A stretch of DNA of 64,000 bases from Spirochaetota bacterium (lineage in GTDB: Bacteria; Spirochaetota; UBA12135; COTS27; JAFLEE01): positions 5,162 through 69,161 of the forward strand of contig JAFLEE010000016.1 in assembly GCA_017302015.1 (NCBI GenBank), read 5' to 3'. The translations under genes were made by a program, and so were the position numbers. A model generated the notes under the pieces. That model had not been told where the DNA came from. It saw nothing but the letters and a program-made list of their open reading frames with translations, and did not search any database. Positions 7,351-16,568 of this stretch are shown piece after piece; position 1 is the stretch's first letter; each line of letters starts with the position of its first letter.

Positions 7351-10300
7351 GTGATCGAGACAAAAAAAATTCAAGATTCGTCATCGGCGCAACGTTTGGT
7401 GCTCGGCGTGGACGTGGGCTCCACCACCTGCAAGGTGGTGGCGGTCGATGCCGCGACGCGCGAGCCGGTTTTCCGCCGGTATGAACGCCACCACACCAAG
7501 CAGGCCGAGAAGGTCCTGGAACTGCTCGAGGCCTGCCGGGCCGAATGCCCGCAGATCGACGGGGCCGGCACCCGGGTGTTCATCACCGGGTCCGGGGCCA
7601 CGCCGCTCATCGCGCCCCTGGGGGCCAAGTTCGTGCAGGAGGTCAACGCCGTCGCGATGGCGGTGGAGCACCTGCACCCGAAGGCGGGCTCGGTGGTGGA
7701 ATTGGGCGGGCAAGACGCCAAGGTCATTGTCTTCAAGGTGAACCCCGAGACCGGGGAGAAACTCGCCGTCACCGCGATGAACGAGAAGTGCGCCTCGGGC
7801 ACCGGGGCCACCATCGACAAGTGCTTCCTGAAGGTCGGCGCCGGCCCCGCCGAGACGGCGGCGATCCGGTTCGACCACACGAAACTGCACCACGTGGCCG
7901 CCAAATGCGGGGTCTTCGCCGAAACCGACATCGTCAACCTGGTGAAGACCGGCGTGCCGGTGGGCGAGATCCTCAATTCGCTGGCCGATGCCATCGTGAA
8001 CCAGAACTTGTCGGTGCTCACCAAGGGCAATACCCTCGGCCACGAGGTGATCCTCCTCGGGGGCCCCAACACCTTTCTGTCCTTCCTCCAAGATTGCTGG
8101 CGCCTACGCATCCCCGAGACCTGGAAGGAACGGGGCTACGCCTACCCCGAAGACGTCCCCCTCACCGAACTCATCAAAGTGCCCAAGAACGCCGAGTTCT
8201 ACGCGGCCTTCGGCGCGGTGCTCTACGGCATGCACGAGGCCGGCGAGGTTGGCCTCTACCGGGGGACGGCGCCGCTGCGGGAGTTCATCTCCGGGGGGCG
8301 CAGCGCCCAACTCAAGGAGAAACTCGGGCCGCCCCTGGTCAAGAACGCCGAGGAACTCGCCGCCTTCAAGGCCGCCTACACCCTCCCCAAATTCCAGGAG
8401 GCGTCGTTCCGGCCGGGCCAGGTCGTGCGGGGCTACCTCGGCCTCGACGGGGGCTCCACCTCCTCGAAGTGCGTGCTCGTCGACGAGGAGAAGAACATCC
8501 TCCTGAAAGAGTACGTGCTCTCCAAGGGGAACCCGATCCAGGACATGAAGGAGATGCTGCATTCGCTCAAGGCCCGGGTGCACGAGCAGGGGGCCTCCCT
8601 CGAGATCCTCGGCTTCGGGGCCACGGGCTACGCGGCGCCGGTGCTCGAGGAGTCGGTGAAGGCCGACGTCAACGTCATCGAGACGGTGGCCCATATGCGC
8701 AGTTCGGTGGCCTATTTCGGGGACGTCGATGTCATCTGCGACATCGGCGGGCAGGACATCAAGGTCCTCTTCATGAAGAACAAGGAGCTGCGCCATTTCC
8801 GCCTCTCCAACCAGTGCAGTGCGGGCAACGGCATGATCCTCCAGGCCATGGCCGACCAGTTCGGCGTGCCGGTGAAGGAGTACGCCGAGAACGCCTTCCG
8901 GGCCCCCTTCGCGCCGTCGTTCAATTACGGGTGCGCCGTGTTCCTCGATTCCGACCGGGTCAATTTCCAGAAGGAGGGCTTCGGGAAGGAGGAGCTCATG
9001 GCCGGGCTGGCCATGGTGCTCCCCAAGAACATCTGGCAGTACGTCGTGCAGATCCCCCGCATGGCCGAATTAGGGCGGCGCTTCGTCCTCCAGGGCGGCA
9101 CCCAGTACAACCAGGCGGCCCTCAAGGCCCAGGTCGACTACATCAAAGAACGGGTGCCCGACGCCGAGGTGCTGCTCCACCCCCACGCCGGCGAGGCCGG
9201 CGCCATCGGGGCCGCCTTCGAGACCCTCGAGGTGGTGAAGCGACGCGGGTATTCCACCTTCATCGGCATCGACCACGCCATCGGCCTCGGGTACACCACG
9301 CGCAACGACGAGGGCACCCGCTGCAATTTCTGCCCCAACCACTGCTCGCGCACCTTCATCGACATCGCCACGCCCACCGGCGACAAGGCGCGCTACATCT
9401 CCGGCTTCTCCTGCGATAAGGGCACGGTCGAGGACAAGGCCGCCCTCATCGAACTCCAGAAGAAGCTCCAGGCGACGCTCAAGGCCAACCCGAACCTGGT
9501 GAAGTACGAGGCCATGCGCTGCTTCCAGCCCTTCTGGCCGGTGAAGCCCCAGCCCGAGGCCGGCAGCCGCGTGACCGACCACATCCAGAAGCGCAACCTC
9601 TTCGGGAAGCCCGTGACGCGGGCCGTGCACCGGGGCTTCGAGCGCTCCAGCGAAGCCGACGCGGCCCACCGCAAGACCGTGCGCATCGGCATGCCCAAGG
9701 CCCTCAACATGTGGGTCACGGGCCCCTTCTTCCGGGCCTTCTTCGAGTCCTTGGGGCTCCCGAGCCAGAATGTCATCTTCAGCACCGACACCGACGAGAA
9801 GATGAGCAAGGAGGGGATGAAGTACGGGGCCATCGACCCCTGCTTCCCCGCCAAGGTCGCCCAGGCCCACATCCACCAGCTCCTCTTCAAGAAGCACCGC
9901 AGCGACGCCCCGCTCCACTACGTCTATTTCCCCGGCATCACCCACGTGCCCAGTTACCTGAAGAAGATCATGGGAGAGACCTCGTGCCCCATCGTCCAGG
10001 GCACGCCCAACGTGATGCGGACCTCCTTCACCCGGGAGGTCGACTTCTTCAAGCAGCGCGGCATCGAGTACGTGGACGATTGCCTCACTTTCGTCGAGCC
10101 CAATTACCTCGCCAAGCAGCTCTTCGAGGTCTGGGGCCCGCGCCTGCGCGCCACCCGCGACGAGGTCGAGTTCGCCGTGAAGGAGGGCTTCGCGGCGCTG
10201 GAGGCCTACGAGAACGACCTCCAGGAGAAGGGCAAGGCCATCCTCGAGGAGGTTCGGGCGAACAACCGCATCGCGATCCTCGTCATCGGGAGGCCCTACC

Positions 10301-10902
10301 ATAGCGACCCGGGCATCAACCACATGATCCCAGAGGAATTCCAGGCCCTGGGCTTCCCGATCCTCTCCATGCGCTCCATCCCGAAAGACCCGAAATGGCT
10401 CGCGGAATACTTCCACGACGATCTGGCCCGCCCCGGGGTCGACTCGCCGCTGGAGATCAACGACGTGTGGCCCGAGAACTTCAGCACCAATAGCGCCCAG
10501 AAGGTATGGGCGGCCAAATTCGCCGCCCGCCACCCCAACGTGGCCGTGCTCGATTTCTCGTCGTTCAAGTGCGGCCACGATGCGCCGACCTACGGGATCA
10601 TCGACAGCATCGTCAACGCGGCGGGCACCCCCTTCTCGGCGCTCCACGACCTCGACCAAACCAAGCCCACCGGCTCCATCAAGATCCGCATCAAGACCTA
10701 CGTCTACAACCTGCACCGGCGCATGGAGCAGATGGGCGACGCCCTCGGCCAGCCCTTCGTCGCCCCCGTGCCGCCCCGGGTGGACGCCTCGGTCATCCAG
10801 GCTCTCATCAAGGAGGAAGCCCATGGAAATAACCTCTTCCCTGCCCACGCCCACCGCCCGGCGGCCCACGCCGCTGAAAAACGTCCAACATTGGCGGGAT
10901 GA
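7351..10902 (+). CDS. fused double BcrAD/BadFG/HgdC-type activase ATPase + dehydratase-like (DUF2229-type) domain protein
   Basis: Two ASKHA ATPase modules begin at VLGVDVGSTTCK and YLGLDGGSTSSK. Each carries activase cluster cysteines (NEKCASGTG / AAKCGVFAETD and SNQCSAGNG / YGCAVFLDSD). A CNFCPNHC motif follows, then a roughly 500-aa Cys-containing C-terminal region. The start codon is GTG. Confidence 0.85.
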   Translation: MIETKKIQDSSSAQRLVLGVDVGSTTCKVVAVDAATREPVFRRYERHHTKQAEKVLELLEACRAECPQIDGAGTRVFITGSGATPLIAPLGAKFVQEVNAVAMAVEHLHPKAGSVVELGGQDAKVIVFKVNPETGEKLAVTAMNEKCASGTGATIDKCFLKVGAGPAETAAIRFDHTKLHHVAAKCGVFAETDIVNLVKTGVPVGEILNSLADAIVNQNLSVLTKGNTLGHEVILLGGPNTFLSFLQDCWRLRIPETWKERGYAYPEDVPLTELIKVPKNAEFYAAFGAVLYGMHEAGEVGLYRGTAPLREFISGGRSAQLKEKLGPPLVKNAEELAAFKAAYTLPKFQEASFRPGQVVRGYLGLDGGSTSSKCVLVDEEKNILLKEYVLSKGNPIQDMKEMLHSLKARVHEQGASLEILGFGATGYAAPVLEESVKADVNVIETVAHMRSSVAYFGDVDVICDIGGQDIKVLFMKNKELRHFRLSNQCSAGNGMILQAMADQFGVPVKEYAENAFRAPFAPSFNYGCAVFLDSDRVNFQKEGFGKEELMAGLAMVLPKNIWQYVVQIPRMAELGRRFVLQGGTQYNQAALKAQVDYIKERVPDAEVLLHPHAGEAGAIGAAFETLEVVKRRGYSTFIGIDHAIGLGYTTRNDEGTRCNFCPNHCSRTFIDIATPTGDKARYISGFSCDKGTVEDKAALIELQKKLQATLKANPNLVKYEAMRCFQPFWPVKPQPEAGSRVTDHIQKRNLFGKPVTRAVHRGFERSSEADAAHRKTVRIGMPKALNMWVTGPFFRAFFESLGLPSQNVIFSTDTDEKMSKEGMKYGAIDPCFPAKVAQAHIHQLLFKKHRSDAPLHYVYFPGITHVPSYLKKIMGETSCPIVQGTPNVMRTSFTREVDFFKQRGIEYVDDCLTFVEPNYLAKQLFEVWGPRLRATRDEVEFAVKEGFAALEAYENDLQEKGKAILEEVRANNRIAILVIGRPYHSDPGINHMIPEEFQALGFPILSMRSIPKDPKWLAEYFHDDLARPGVDSPLEINDVWPENFSTNSAQKVWAAKFAARHPNVAVLDFSSFKCGHDAPTYGIIDSIVNAAGTPFSALHDLDQTKPTGSIKIRIKTYVYNLHRRMEQMGDALGQPFVAPVPPRVDASVIQALIKEEAHGNNLFPAHAHRPAAHAAEKRPTLAG

Positions 10903-12430
10903 CAACCCCACCGTATTCACCGCGGAGCAGCGCGCGACCACCACGGTCCTCACGACCGGGTTCCCCGAGTCGAGCATCCATTTTTTCGGCAAGGCCCTCG
11001 CGCCCTTCGGCGTGAAGATCGCCCCGCTCAAGACCCCGGGCAATAGCGCCTACGAGCGCGGCAAGGAGTTCGGCAACCGGGGCCAGTGCAACCCGACCTA
11101 TTTCACCGTTGGGGCCCTCGTGGAGCGCCTCCAGCAACTCCGCGACGAGGAGGGCAAGAGCGCGAAGGAGATCGTCGAGCAGTACGCCTTCGTCACCGCC
11201 GGGGGCTGCGGGCCCTGCCGCATGGGGATGTACGCCACCGAGTACCGCAAGGCGCTGCGCGACAGCGGCTTCGCGGGCTTCCGCGTCATGCTCCTCTCGC
11301 GCTCCGGGGAGGCCACGGCGCTCTCGTCGGGGATGAAGCTCCCCCGGGCTGCCTTCGTCAACGGGTTCACCGGCATCATCGTCGGCGACATCCTCAACGT
11401 CCTGCGCCAGCGCCTGAGCACCTACGAGGCCCACGAGGGGGACGCCGAGCGGGCCGTGCGCGCCTGCCGCGACCTCATCGAAAACGCCCTCGCCCACCGC
11501 CGCTCGGTGCTCTGGGCCGCCTGGAAATGCCGCGCCATCCTGCGCGCCGTGCCCGTCAACCGCCTCCAAGTGCGCCCGCGCATCCTCATCCAGGGCGAGT
11601 TCTGGGCCAAGACCACCGAGGGGCAGGGTAATTACGACCTCTACCGGTTCCTCAAGAAGGAGGGCGCCGAGCCCGTCATCGAGACGATCAGCGATTGGCT
11701 GGTGCACCAGATCTGGCGGGCCGGCTGGTCGCTGCGCCGGCGGGAAGACCTCGCGCGCCACGACGCCAAGGCCGGCGGCCTGAAGGGAAAATCCGTCTGG
11801 AAGACCCGCCTCGCCTACGCCTTTGCCGAGGGCCTCCTGCGGGGGATCTTCAACCTCTACGCCCGCGTCATAGGCCTCAAGGACTATAAGATCACCGACA
11901 ATAAGGCCCTGGCCGACCTGGCGGGGAAGCACATGGACCTCCACCTCGACGGCGGCGAGGACCACATGGAGATCGGCCACCACATCCAGGCCGTCACCGA
12001 GCGCAAGGCGAACATGATCCTGAGCGTGAAGCCCTTCACCTGCCTCAGTTCCAACGGCGTGAGCGACGGCATCCAGCCGATCCTCGCCGAGATCTACCCG
12101 CGGTCGATCTTCGTCTCGGTGGAGACGAACGCCGACGCCCCGGCTAATTTCTATTCGCGCATCCAGATGCAGCTCTTCAAGGCCAAGAAGGCGGCCGCCC
12201 AGGAGGTCGAGGAGGCCCTCGCCCGAACGGGCCAGACGATGGAGGAGGTGCAGGCCGAGCTCGCCGCCCGCCCGTTCCGCCATGCGGCGACCCATCGGAG
12301 CCCCCACGTCTACGCCTGCGACGCGGCGAACCTGGTCTTGGAGGTCGGGAGGCGCCGCGGGCGCAAGCTCGCTGCGGTGCCCGTGGCCTCGGCGGCCGTG
12401 GAAGCCCCCGCCGGCGCGGCGCTCGCCTAG
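10823..12430 (+). CDS. 2-hydroxyacyl-CoA dehydratase D-component-like / activase-related partner protein
   Basis: Motifs GNRGQCNPTYFTVG, GGCGPCRMGMY and KPFTCLSSNG. ATG 10823 is preceded by AAGGAGGA at 10810-10817. It overlaps the upstream stop by 80 nt. The track start at 10580 is an out-of-context extension. Confidence 0.7.
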   Translation: MEITSSLPTPTARRPTPLKNVQHWRDDNPTVFTAEQRATTTVLTTGFPESSIHFFGKALAPFGVKIAPLKTPGNSAYERGKEFGNRGQCNPTYFTVGALVERLQQLRDEEGKSAKEIVEQYAFVTAGGCGPCRMGMYATEYRKALRDSGFAGFRVMLLSRSGEATALSSGMKLPRAAFVNGFTGIIVGDILNVLRQRLSTYEAHEGDAERAVRACRDLIENALAHRRSVLWAAWKCRAILRAVPVNRLQVRPRILIQGEFWAKTTEGQGNYDLYRFLKKEGAEPVIETISDWLVHQIWRAGWSLRRREDLARHDAKAGGLKGKSVWKTRLAYAFAEGLLRGIFNLYARVIGLKDYKITDNKALADLAGKHMDLHLDGGEDHMEIGHHIQAVTERKANMILSVKPFTCLSSNGVSDGIQPILAEIYPRSIFVSVETNADAPANFYSRIQMQLFKAKKAAAQEVEEALARTGQTMEEVQAELAARPFRHAATHRSPHVYACDAANLVLEVGRRRGRKLAAVPVASAAVEAPAGAALA

Positions 12431-12562
12431 ACCTCGGCCCCGGGTTGCAAGGAGTGGGCGGCCCGGGCCCTCATTGACGATCCTCCCCGGACTTGCTAAG
12501 TTTGACCCCTGCCCCGAGGGGCAGGCATGCGGTCCGTGACCGGCCGCGCCCGGGGCACTTTT

Positions 12563-13774
12563 ATGGCCAATTCCCACACCCTTCTCCTATTCCTCCTCGT
12601 GCCGACCGTCGTCTTGGCCGGGGTGCATTATTTCTTCTACCGGCGCCTGGTGAAGGCCATGGCCTTCAAACCCCGAACCCGGAGGATCCTCACGGGCGTG
12701 CTCGTCGGCTTATGGCTCTCCCTGCCGGCGGGCATGATCCTCGGCCGCTTCCTCGGGCATCCCTGGCGCTATTTGGTGGCTTGGCCCGGATTTATGTGGA
12801 TGGGGATGATGGTGGTCATCCTCACCCTCCTCTTGGCCATCGATCTCGGGCGCTTGGCGCGCTTCGTCTACCGGCGCTTCTCGCCCGCGACCGTACCCGC
12901 GAACCCCGAGCGTCGGCTCTTCCTCACCCGGGCCATGGGGGCCGGGGTGCTGGCGACTACCGTGCTCGCCACGGGGGGCGCGATGGGCGCCGCGCTGCGC
13001 ACGCCGGGGGTGCGCCGGGTGCGGGTCGTCCTCCCGAACCTGCCCCCCGGCCTCGACGGCCTCGTCATCGCCCAATTCACCGATCTGCACGTGGGCGAAA
13101 TCGTCACCCGCCCCTTCGTGGAAGCGGTGACCCGCCGCATCAATGACTTGAAACCCGACCTCATCGTATTCACCGGAGACCTAGTGGACGGGTCCGTACC
13201 CCGGCTCGCCCCCCATACGGAACCCCTGGGCGGCCTGCGATCCCGGTTCGGCACTTTTTTCGTCAGCGGCAACCACGATTATTATTCGGGCATCGGCCCG
13301 TGGACGAGGGAAGTCGAGCGGCTCGGCATGCGCGTGCTTCATAACGAGCGGGTCACCCTCGGGACCGGCGCCGACCTCCTCGACCTCGCCGGGGTGGATG
13401 ACTCGGGCACCGGACGGAGCCGCTACCCCGATGGGCACGGCGCCGATGTGGCGAAGGCCCTCGCGCGGCCGGTGCCCGGCCGTCCCGTGATCCTCCTCGC
13501 CCACCAACCGAAGGAGATCCACGCCGCCGCGAAGCACGGGGCGAGCCTCGTGCTCTCGGGGCATACCCACGGGGGGCAGATCTGGCCCTTCCGCCATCTG
13601 GTGGGTTTCGCGCAGCCCTGCATCGACGGGCTCCATCTCCACCGGGGGAAGACCTGGATCTACGTCAGCCGGGGAACCGGGTTCTGGGGACCGCCGCTGC
13701 GCCTTTTCACGCCCTCGGAGATCACCCGCATCGAATTGCGACGCAGCGGCGAACCCGAGGTGGGCTGGGCGTGA
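12563..13774 (+). CDS. membrane-anchored calcineurin-like metallophosphoesterase (YkuE-like)
   Basis: N-terminal transmembrane helices, then the motifs DLHVG, GDLVDG, GNHDYY and SGHTHGGQ. Confidence 0.85.
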   Translation: MANSHTLLLFLLVPTVVLAGVHYFFYRRLVKAMAFKPRTRRILTGVLVGLWLSLPAGMILGRFLGHPWRYLVAWPGFMWMGMMVVILTLLLAIDLGRLARFVYRRFSPATVPANPERRLFLTRAMGAGVLATTVLATGGAMGAALRTPGVRRVRVVLPNLPPGLDGLVIAQFTDLHVGEIVTRPFVEAVTRRINDLKPDLIVFTGDLVDGSVPRLAPHTEPLGGLRSRFGTFFVSGNHDYYSGIGPWTREVERLGMRVLHNERVTLGTGADLLDLAGVDDSGTGRSRYPDGHGADVAKALARPVPGRPVILLAHQPKEIHAAAKHGASLVLSGHTHGGQIWPFRHLVGFAQPCIDGLHLHRGKTWIYVSRGTGFWGPPLRLFTPSEITRIELRRSGEPEVGWA

Positions 13775-13795
13775 TCCCGGGGCGGCCCCGCGCTT

Positions 13796-13826
13796 GCTTC
13801 GGGACGCCCGAGCGGCTATCTTTTTT
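13796..13826 (+). terminator. possible intrinsic terminator after the metallophosphoesterase gene
   Basis: GCT(T)CGGG-ACG-CCCGAGC hairpin, with TTTTTT starting 7 nt downstream. Confidence 0.35.
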
Positions 13827-13895
13827 CCCTAGACCTTCGGTTCGCCACGCTTGTTCCTGGATCCGCGAGGCGCGTCGGTGGAGGGGGAGGGACGC

Positions 13896-14417
13896 ATGCT
13901 GCAAAGTTTCCGAACCGAGTTCGATCGCTCGTTCGACCAGATCGAAAAGACCCTGGACCAGATCGACGAGGACCAGCACACCAGCATCCTCGGCGAAGAA
14001 GGCAACTCCATCTCCATCATCCTGCGTCACCTCATCGGCAACCTCAAGAGCCGGTTCACCGGGTTCCTCACGGAAGATGGCGAGAAGCCCTGGCGCGACC
14101 GCGACCGCGAGTTCGAGCCCTCCTCATTGGGGAAGGAGCCCATGCGGGCGGAACTCAGGGAGGCCCGGGCTCTGGTGATGGCCGAATTGGACCAACTCGC
14201 CGACGGCGACTTTGGCCGGAACGTGAGCATCCGGGGCCAGCTACTCACGGTGCACGAGGCCCTGGTACGATCCGTGTGCCATACCGTCTTCCATGCGGGG
14301 CAGATCGTCTTCCTGGGGAAGACGCACCTCGGCAAGCAGTGGAAGACCTTGAGCATCCCCCGGGGTAAATCATCCGCCTACAATCGCAACCCCACCAAAG
14401 AAAAGGGGATGCGCTGA
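13896..14417 (+). CDS. DinB/DUF1572-family protein
   Basis: MLQSFRTEFDRSFDQIEKTLDQI... with ILRHLIGNL and HTVFHAGQIVFLGK four-helix-bundle His motifs. GGAGGG lies upstream of ATG 13896. Confidence 0.65.
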   Translation: MLQSFRTEFDRSFDQIEKTLDQIDEDQHTSILGEEGNSISIILRHLIGNLKSRFTGFLTEDGEKPWRDRDREFEPSSLGKEPMRAELREARALVMAELDQLADGDFGRNVSIRGQLLTVHEALVRSVCHTVFHAGQIVFLGKTHLGKQWKTLSIPRGKSSAYNRNPTKEKGMR

Positions 14418-14537
14418 GGCGGGGACCCGCTTCATCGACGCATCGGGCGGCGCGCGGATCGCAGAGGCCGCAGACTTTTTTCCTCGCCCGATGGAGGCGC
14501 CCCGGCGATGAATCCATCGGGGGGCGGGCTCTCTCCC

Positions 14538-15407
14538 CTATGCCTCGCGGAGGCCCTTCCGTTCGCGGATCTGCAGGCCCCAGTTCTCTGGAGAAAGGCC
14601 ATAACGATCTTTGAAGGCCCGCGAGAAGCCGGAGGCGCTCCCGAAGCCGACCTTCAGGGAAACCTCGCCGACGGGCTCCCCCGACGCCAGGAGCACGCGG
14701 GCCTTTTCGAGGCGCCGGGTGGTTCGCCAGTGGGCGGGGGTGCACTTAAGGTAGCGGCGGAAGAGCCGGTTGATGGTGCTCGGGTCGAGCCCGCTGCGCT
14801 GGGAGATCTCGTTCAAGGAGATGCTCCGCTCGAGGGAGCCGCTCAGGAATTTCGTGATGGCATCGAGTTTTTTCTGGGGCGCGGTGCGCGCCGCGGCTGG
14901 TCGCGGCCGAAGGAGGCCATGCTCTAATAGGCTCTCGAGGAGCCGGTAAAAAACGGCCCGACGGGCCAGATGGGTGGGCCGGCCGAGGCGCGTCAGTCGC
15001 GCCAGGCGACCATGGCCTTCGCGAATCAGGCTGGGCCATTCGGCCGGGCACGGGCATCCGTTCGCCGGAAACTCGAGGGTCGACCAAAGAGGCTCTTCGA
15101 GGGGTAAAAACGGGAGGAAGTACACCCGCGCCGGGGTTTTTCCGAGGACCCTGGCGGTCACCCGGTCGCCGGGTTTCAGCAGGAGGAGGTCGCCGCCGCG
15201 CAACCGGACGGGCCGCCCTTGGATGGATAACTCGCCGCTACCGCGCTCGACCCACCAAAAATGGTAATCCCCGAAGATCGACGGCGGGCGGCACCAGCCC
15301 GGCTTGCGCACCGCCAATTGGAGTTCCGCGGGCTCGAAGCGGATTTGGGAGAGGAGGAAAGCGGCGGCTTCCCCATCGTCCGCCGGGGGCTTTGTCGGTC
15401 GACCCAT
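14538..15407 (-). CDS. AraC-family transcriptional regulator
   Basis: A cupin-like N-terminus and a C-terminal HTH (ISQRSGLDPSTINRLFRRYLKCTPAHW...VSLKVGFGSASGFSRAFKDRYGLSPE). I chose the start at M92 of the track ORF because a -35/-10 pair sits directly upstream. Confidence 0.75.
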   Translation of the reverse strand: MGRPTKPPADDGEAAAFLLSQIRFEPAELQLAVRKPGWCRPPSIFGDYHFWWVERGSGELSIQGRPVRLRGGDLLLLKPGDRVTARVLGKTPARVYFLPFLPLEEPLWSTLEFPANGCPCPAEWPSLIREGHGRLARLTRLGRPTHLARRAVFYRLLESLLEHGLLRPRPAAARTAPQKKLDAITKFLSGSLERSISLNEISQRSGLDPSTINRLFRRYLKCTPAHWRTTRRLEKARVLLASGEPVGEVSLKVGFGSASGFSRAFKDRYGLSPENWGLQIRERKGLREA

Positions 15408-15415
15408 CGGAGACG

Positions 15416-15444
15416 AAAGTACTTTGCATGGTGGGAAATTGCAA
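15416..15444 (-). promoter_or_regulatory. candidate promoter of AraC gene 15407
   Basis: On the minus strand: TTGCAA, 17-nt spacer, TACTTT, then 8 nt to the ATG at 15407. Confidence 0.4.
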
Positions 15445-15526
15445 TTTTGGGTCATGCCCATGCCGATCGGCGCACGGCGCGCGGGCCCTTTCCGGGCGAT
15501 ACTATAGGAGACGGGCAGGAGGAACG

Positions 15527-16543
15527 ATGAGGCGGACCGGGGGCTTCGGCATAGATGGATCGTGGAATGCGCGCGGGCGTTTGGGTGGAATCTTCTTCGT
15601 GTGGGGGGCCGCCATGGCCTTGCTCGGGTCCTTCGGGGGATATGCCGCGTCTTCGTTGGAGTACCACCTGGTCCAGCCAAAGGATACCGATGACGGGATC
15701 ACGGTCGCCGCGCAGCGCGTGCATATCGCCTACCGAGATCCTGCGTCGACGTCGCGCAAGCAACTTTTCGTCATGCTCCCCGGGAGCGGGTCGGCGCCCG
15801 TGGTCCACACGAATCTCGGCAAGCATGCCGCCGCCCTGGGCTTCCATTCCATCGGCCTCATGTATCCGAACGAGGCGACGATCGCGTCCCTCTGCGGGCG
15901 AGACGGGGATCCGACGGCCTATGCGCGGGCGAGGGCGGCGGTCTGTTTCGGCCTTCCGATGCACCCGCAAGTGCCGGTTCGCGCGGGCGACTGCATCACC
16001 AATCGGCTCGCGAAACTCGTCCACTATTTGCACCGGAAATATCCCGCAGAAGGGTGGGGGAAATTCTTGGACGCCGCCGGTGGCATCGATTACTCGAAAG
16101 TCGTCCTCGCCGGCTTTTCCCAGGGCGGAGGGCATGCGGCCTTCCTCGCCAAGTACCTCCCTTGCTTGCGTTGGATCGGCTTCGCTGCCCCGGCGGATTG
16201 GAGGCTCGCGACGGATCTGCCTCCTCCATGGTTCAGCCAGGGCGATTGGGCGACCCCGGCTTCGCGTGGCTTCATGTTCTGCCATGCCGACGATGATGTG
16301 GCCCTTTGGCGGCGGCAGGAGCCAATCGCCAAGGCGCTCGGCCTCCCGGGGGCGGCGCAAATCGCCGAGGACCAATCGGCCCCCTATGGGGAATCCCACC
16401 TCCTCGTTTCGCGGACGGCGGTGCGCGGCGCCCACCCAGCGGTGGCGGCCGACGATTGCCTCCCATTCCGGGGAGGGGAACCGCTCTACCTTCCGGTCTG
16501 GACTTACCTCCTCACCTGGGGTCTTCCCGATGGCGAGCGCTGA
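15527..16543 (+). CDS. alpha/beta hydrolase (phospholipase/carboxylesterase-like, GFSQGG nucleophile elbow)
   Basis: ATG 15527 has AGGAGG upstream. An N-terminal hydrophobic segment is present, and the nucleophile motif reads VVLAGFSQGGGHAAF. Confidence 0.65.
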   Translation: MRRTGGFGIDGSWNARGRLGGIFFVWGAAMALLGSFGGYAASSLEYHLVQPKDTDDGITVAAQRVHIAYRDPASTSRKQLFVMLPGSGSAPVVHTNLGKHAAALGFHSIGLMYPNEATIASLCGRDGDPTAYARARAAVCFGLPMHPQVPVRAGDCITNRLAKLVHYLHRKYPAEGWGKFLDAAGGIDYSKVVLAGFSQGGGHAAFLAKYLPCLRWIGFAAPADWRLATDLPPPWFSQGDWATPASRGFMFCHADDDVALWRRQEPIAKALGLPGAAQIAEDQSAPYGESHLLVSRTAVRGAHPAVAADDCLPFRGGEPLYLPVWTYLLTWGLPDGER

Positions 16544-16568
16544 AGTTCTTCGCGGGGTACCCTCCCTC

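Noticed and set aside
9070-11043. Very long antisense or alternate-frame ORFs. Examples: 9070..11043 (-), 17985..19976 (-), 29190..32069 (+), 33037..35820 (+), 37956..39779 (+), 46200..47693 (+), 48636..50006 (+), 52664..54868 (-), 21368..22513 (-) and 43893..45299 (+).
   Set aside because: Each lies opposite a gene with clear family motifs. Their translations are Gly/Arg/Pro/Ala/Glu/His-rich low-information strings with no motifs. Stop codons are rare in all frames at this GC content, so length alone is not evidence.
15555-16568. Long N-terminal extensions offered by the track. Examples: 15555.. for the GH-A gene, 2540..4777, 10580.., 40663.., 57597.., 22641.., 23347.. and 32788..35676.
   Set aside because: The extensions read through upstream genes or intergenic DNA with junk composition. 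Internal starts have Shine-Dalgarno sites, promoters or signal peptides and match family N-termini.
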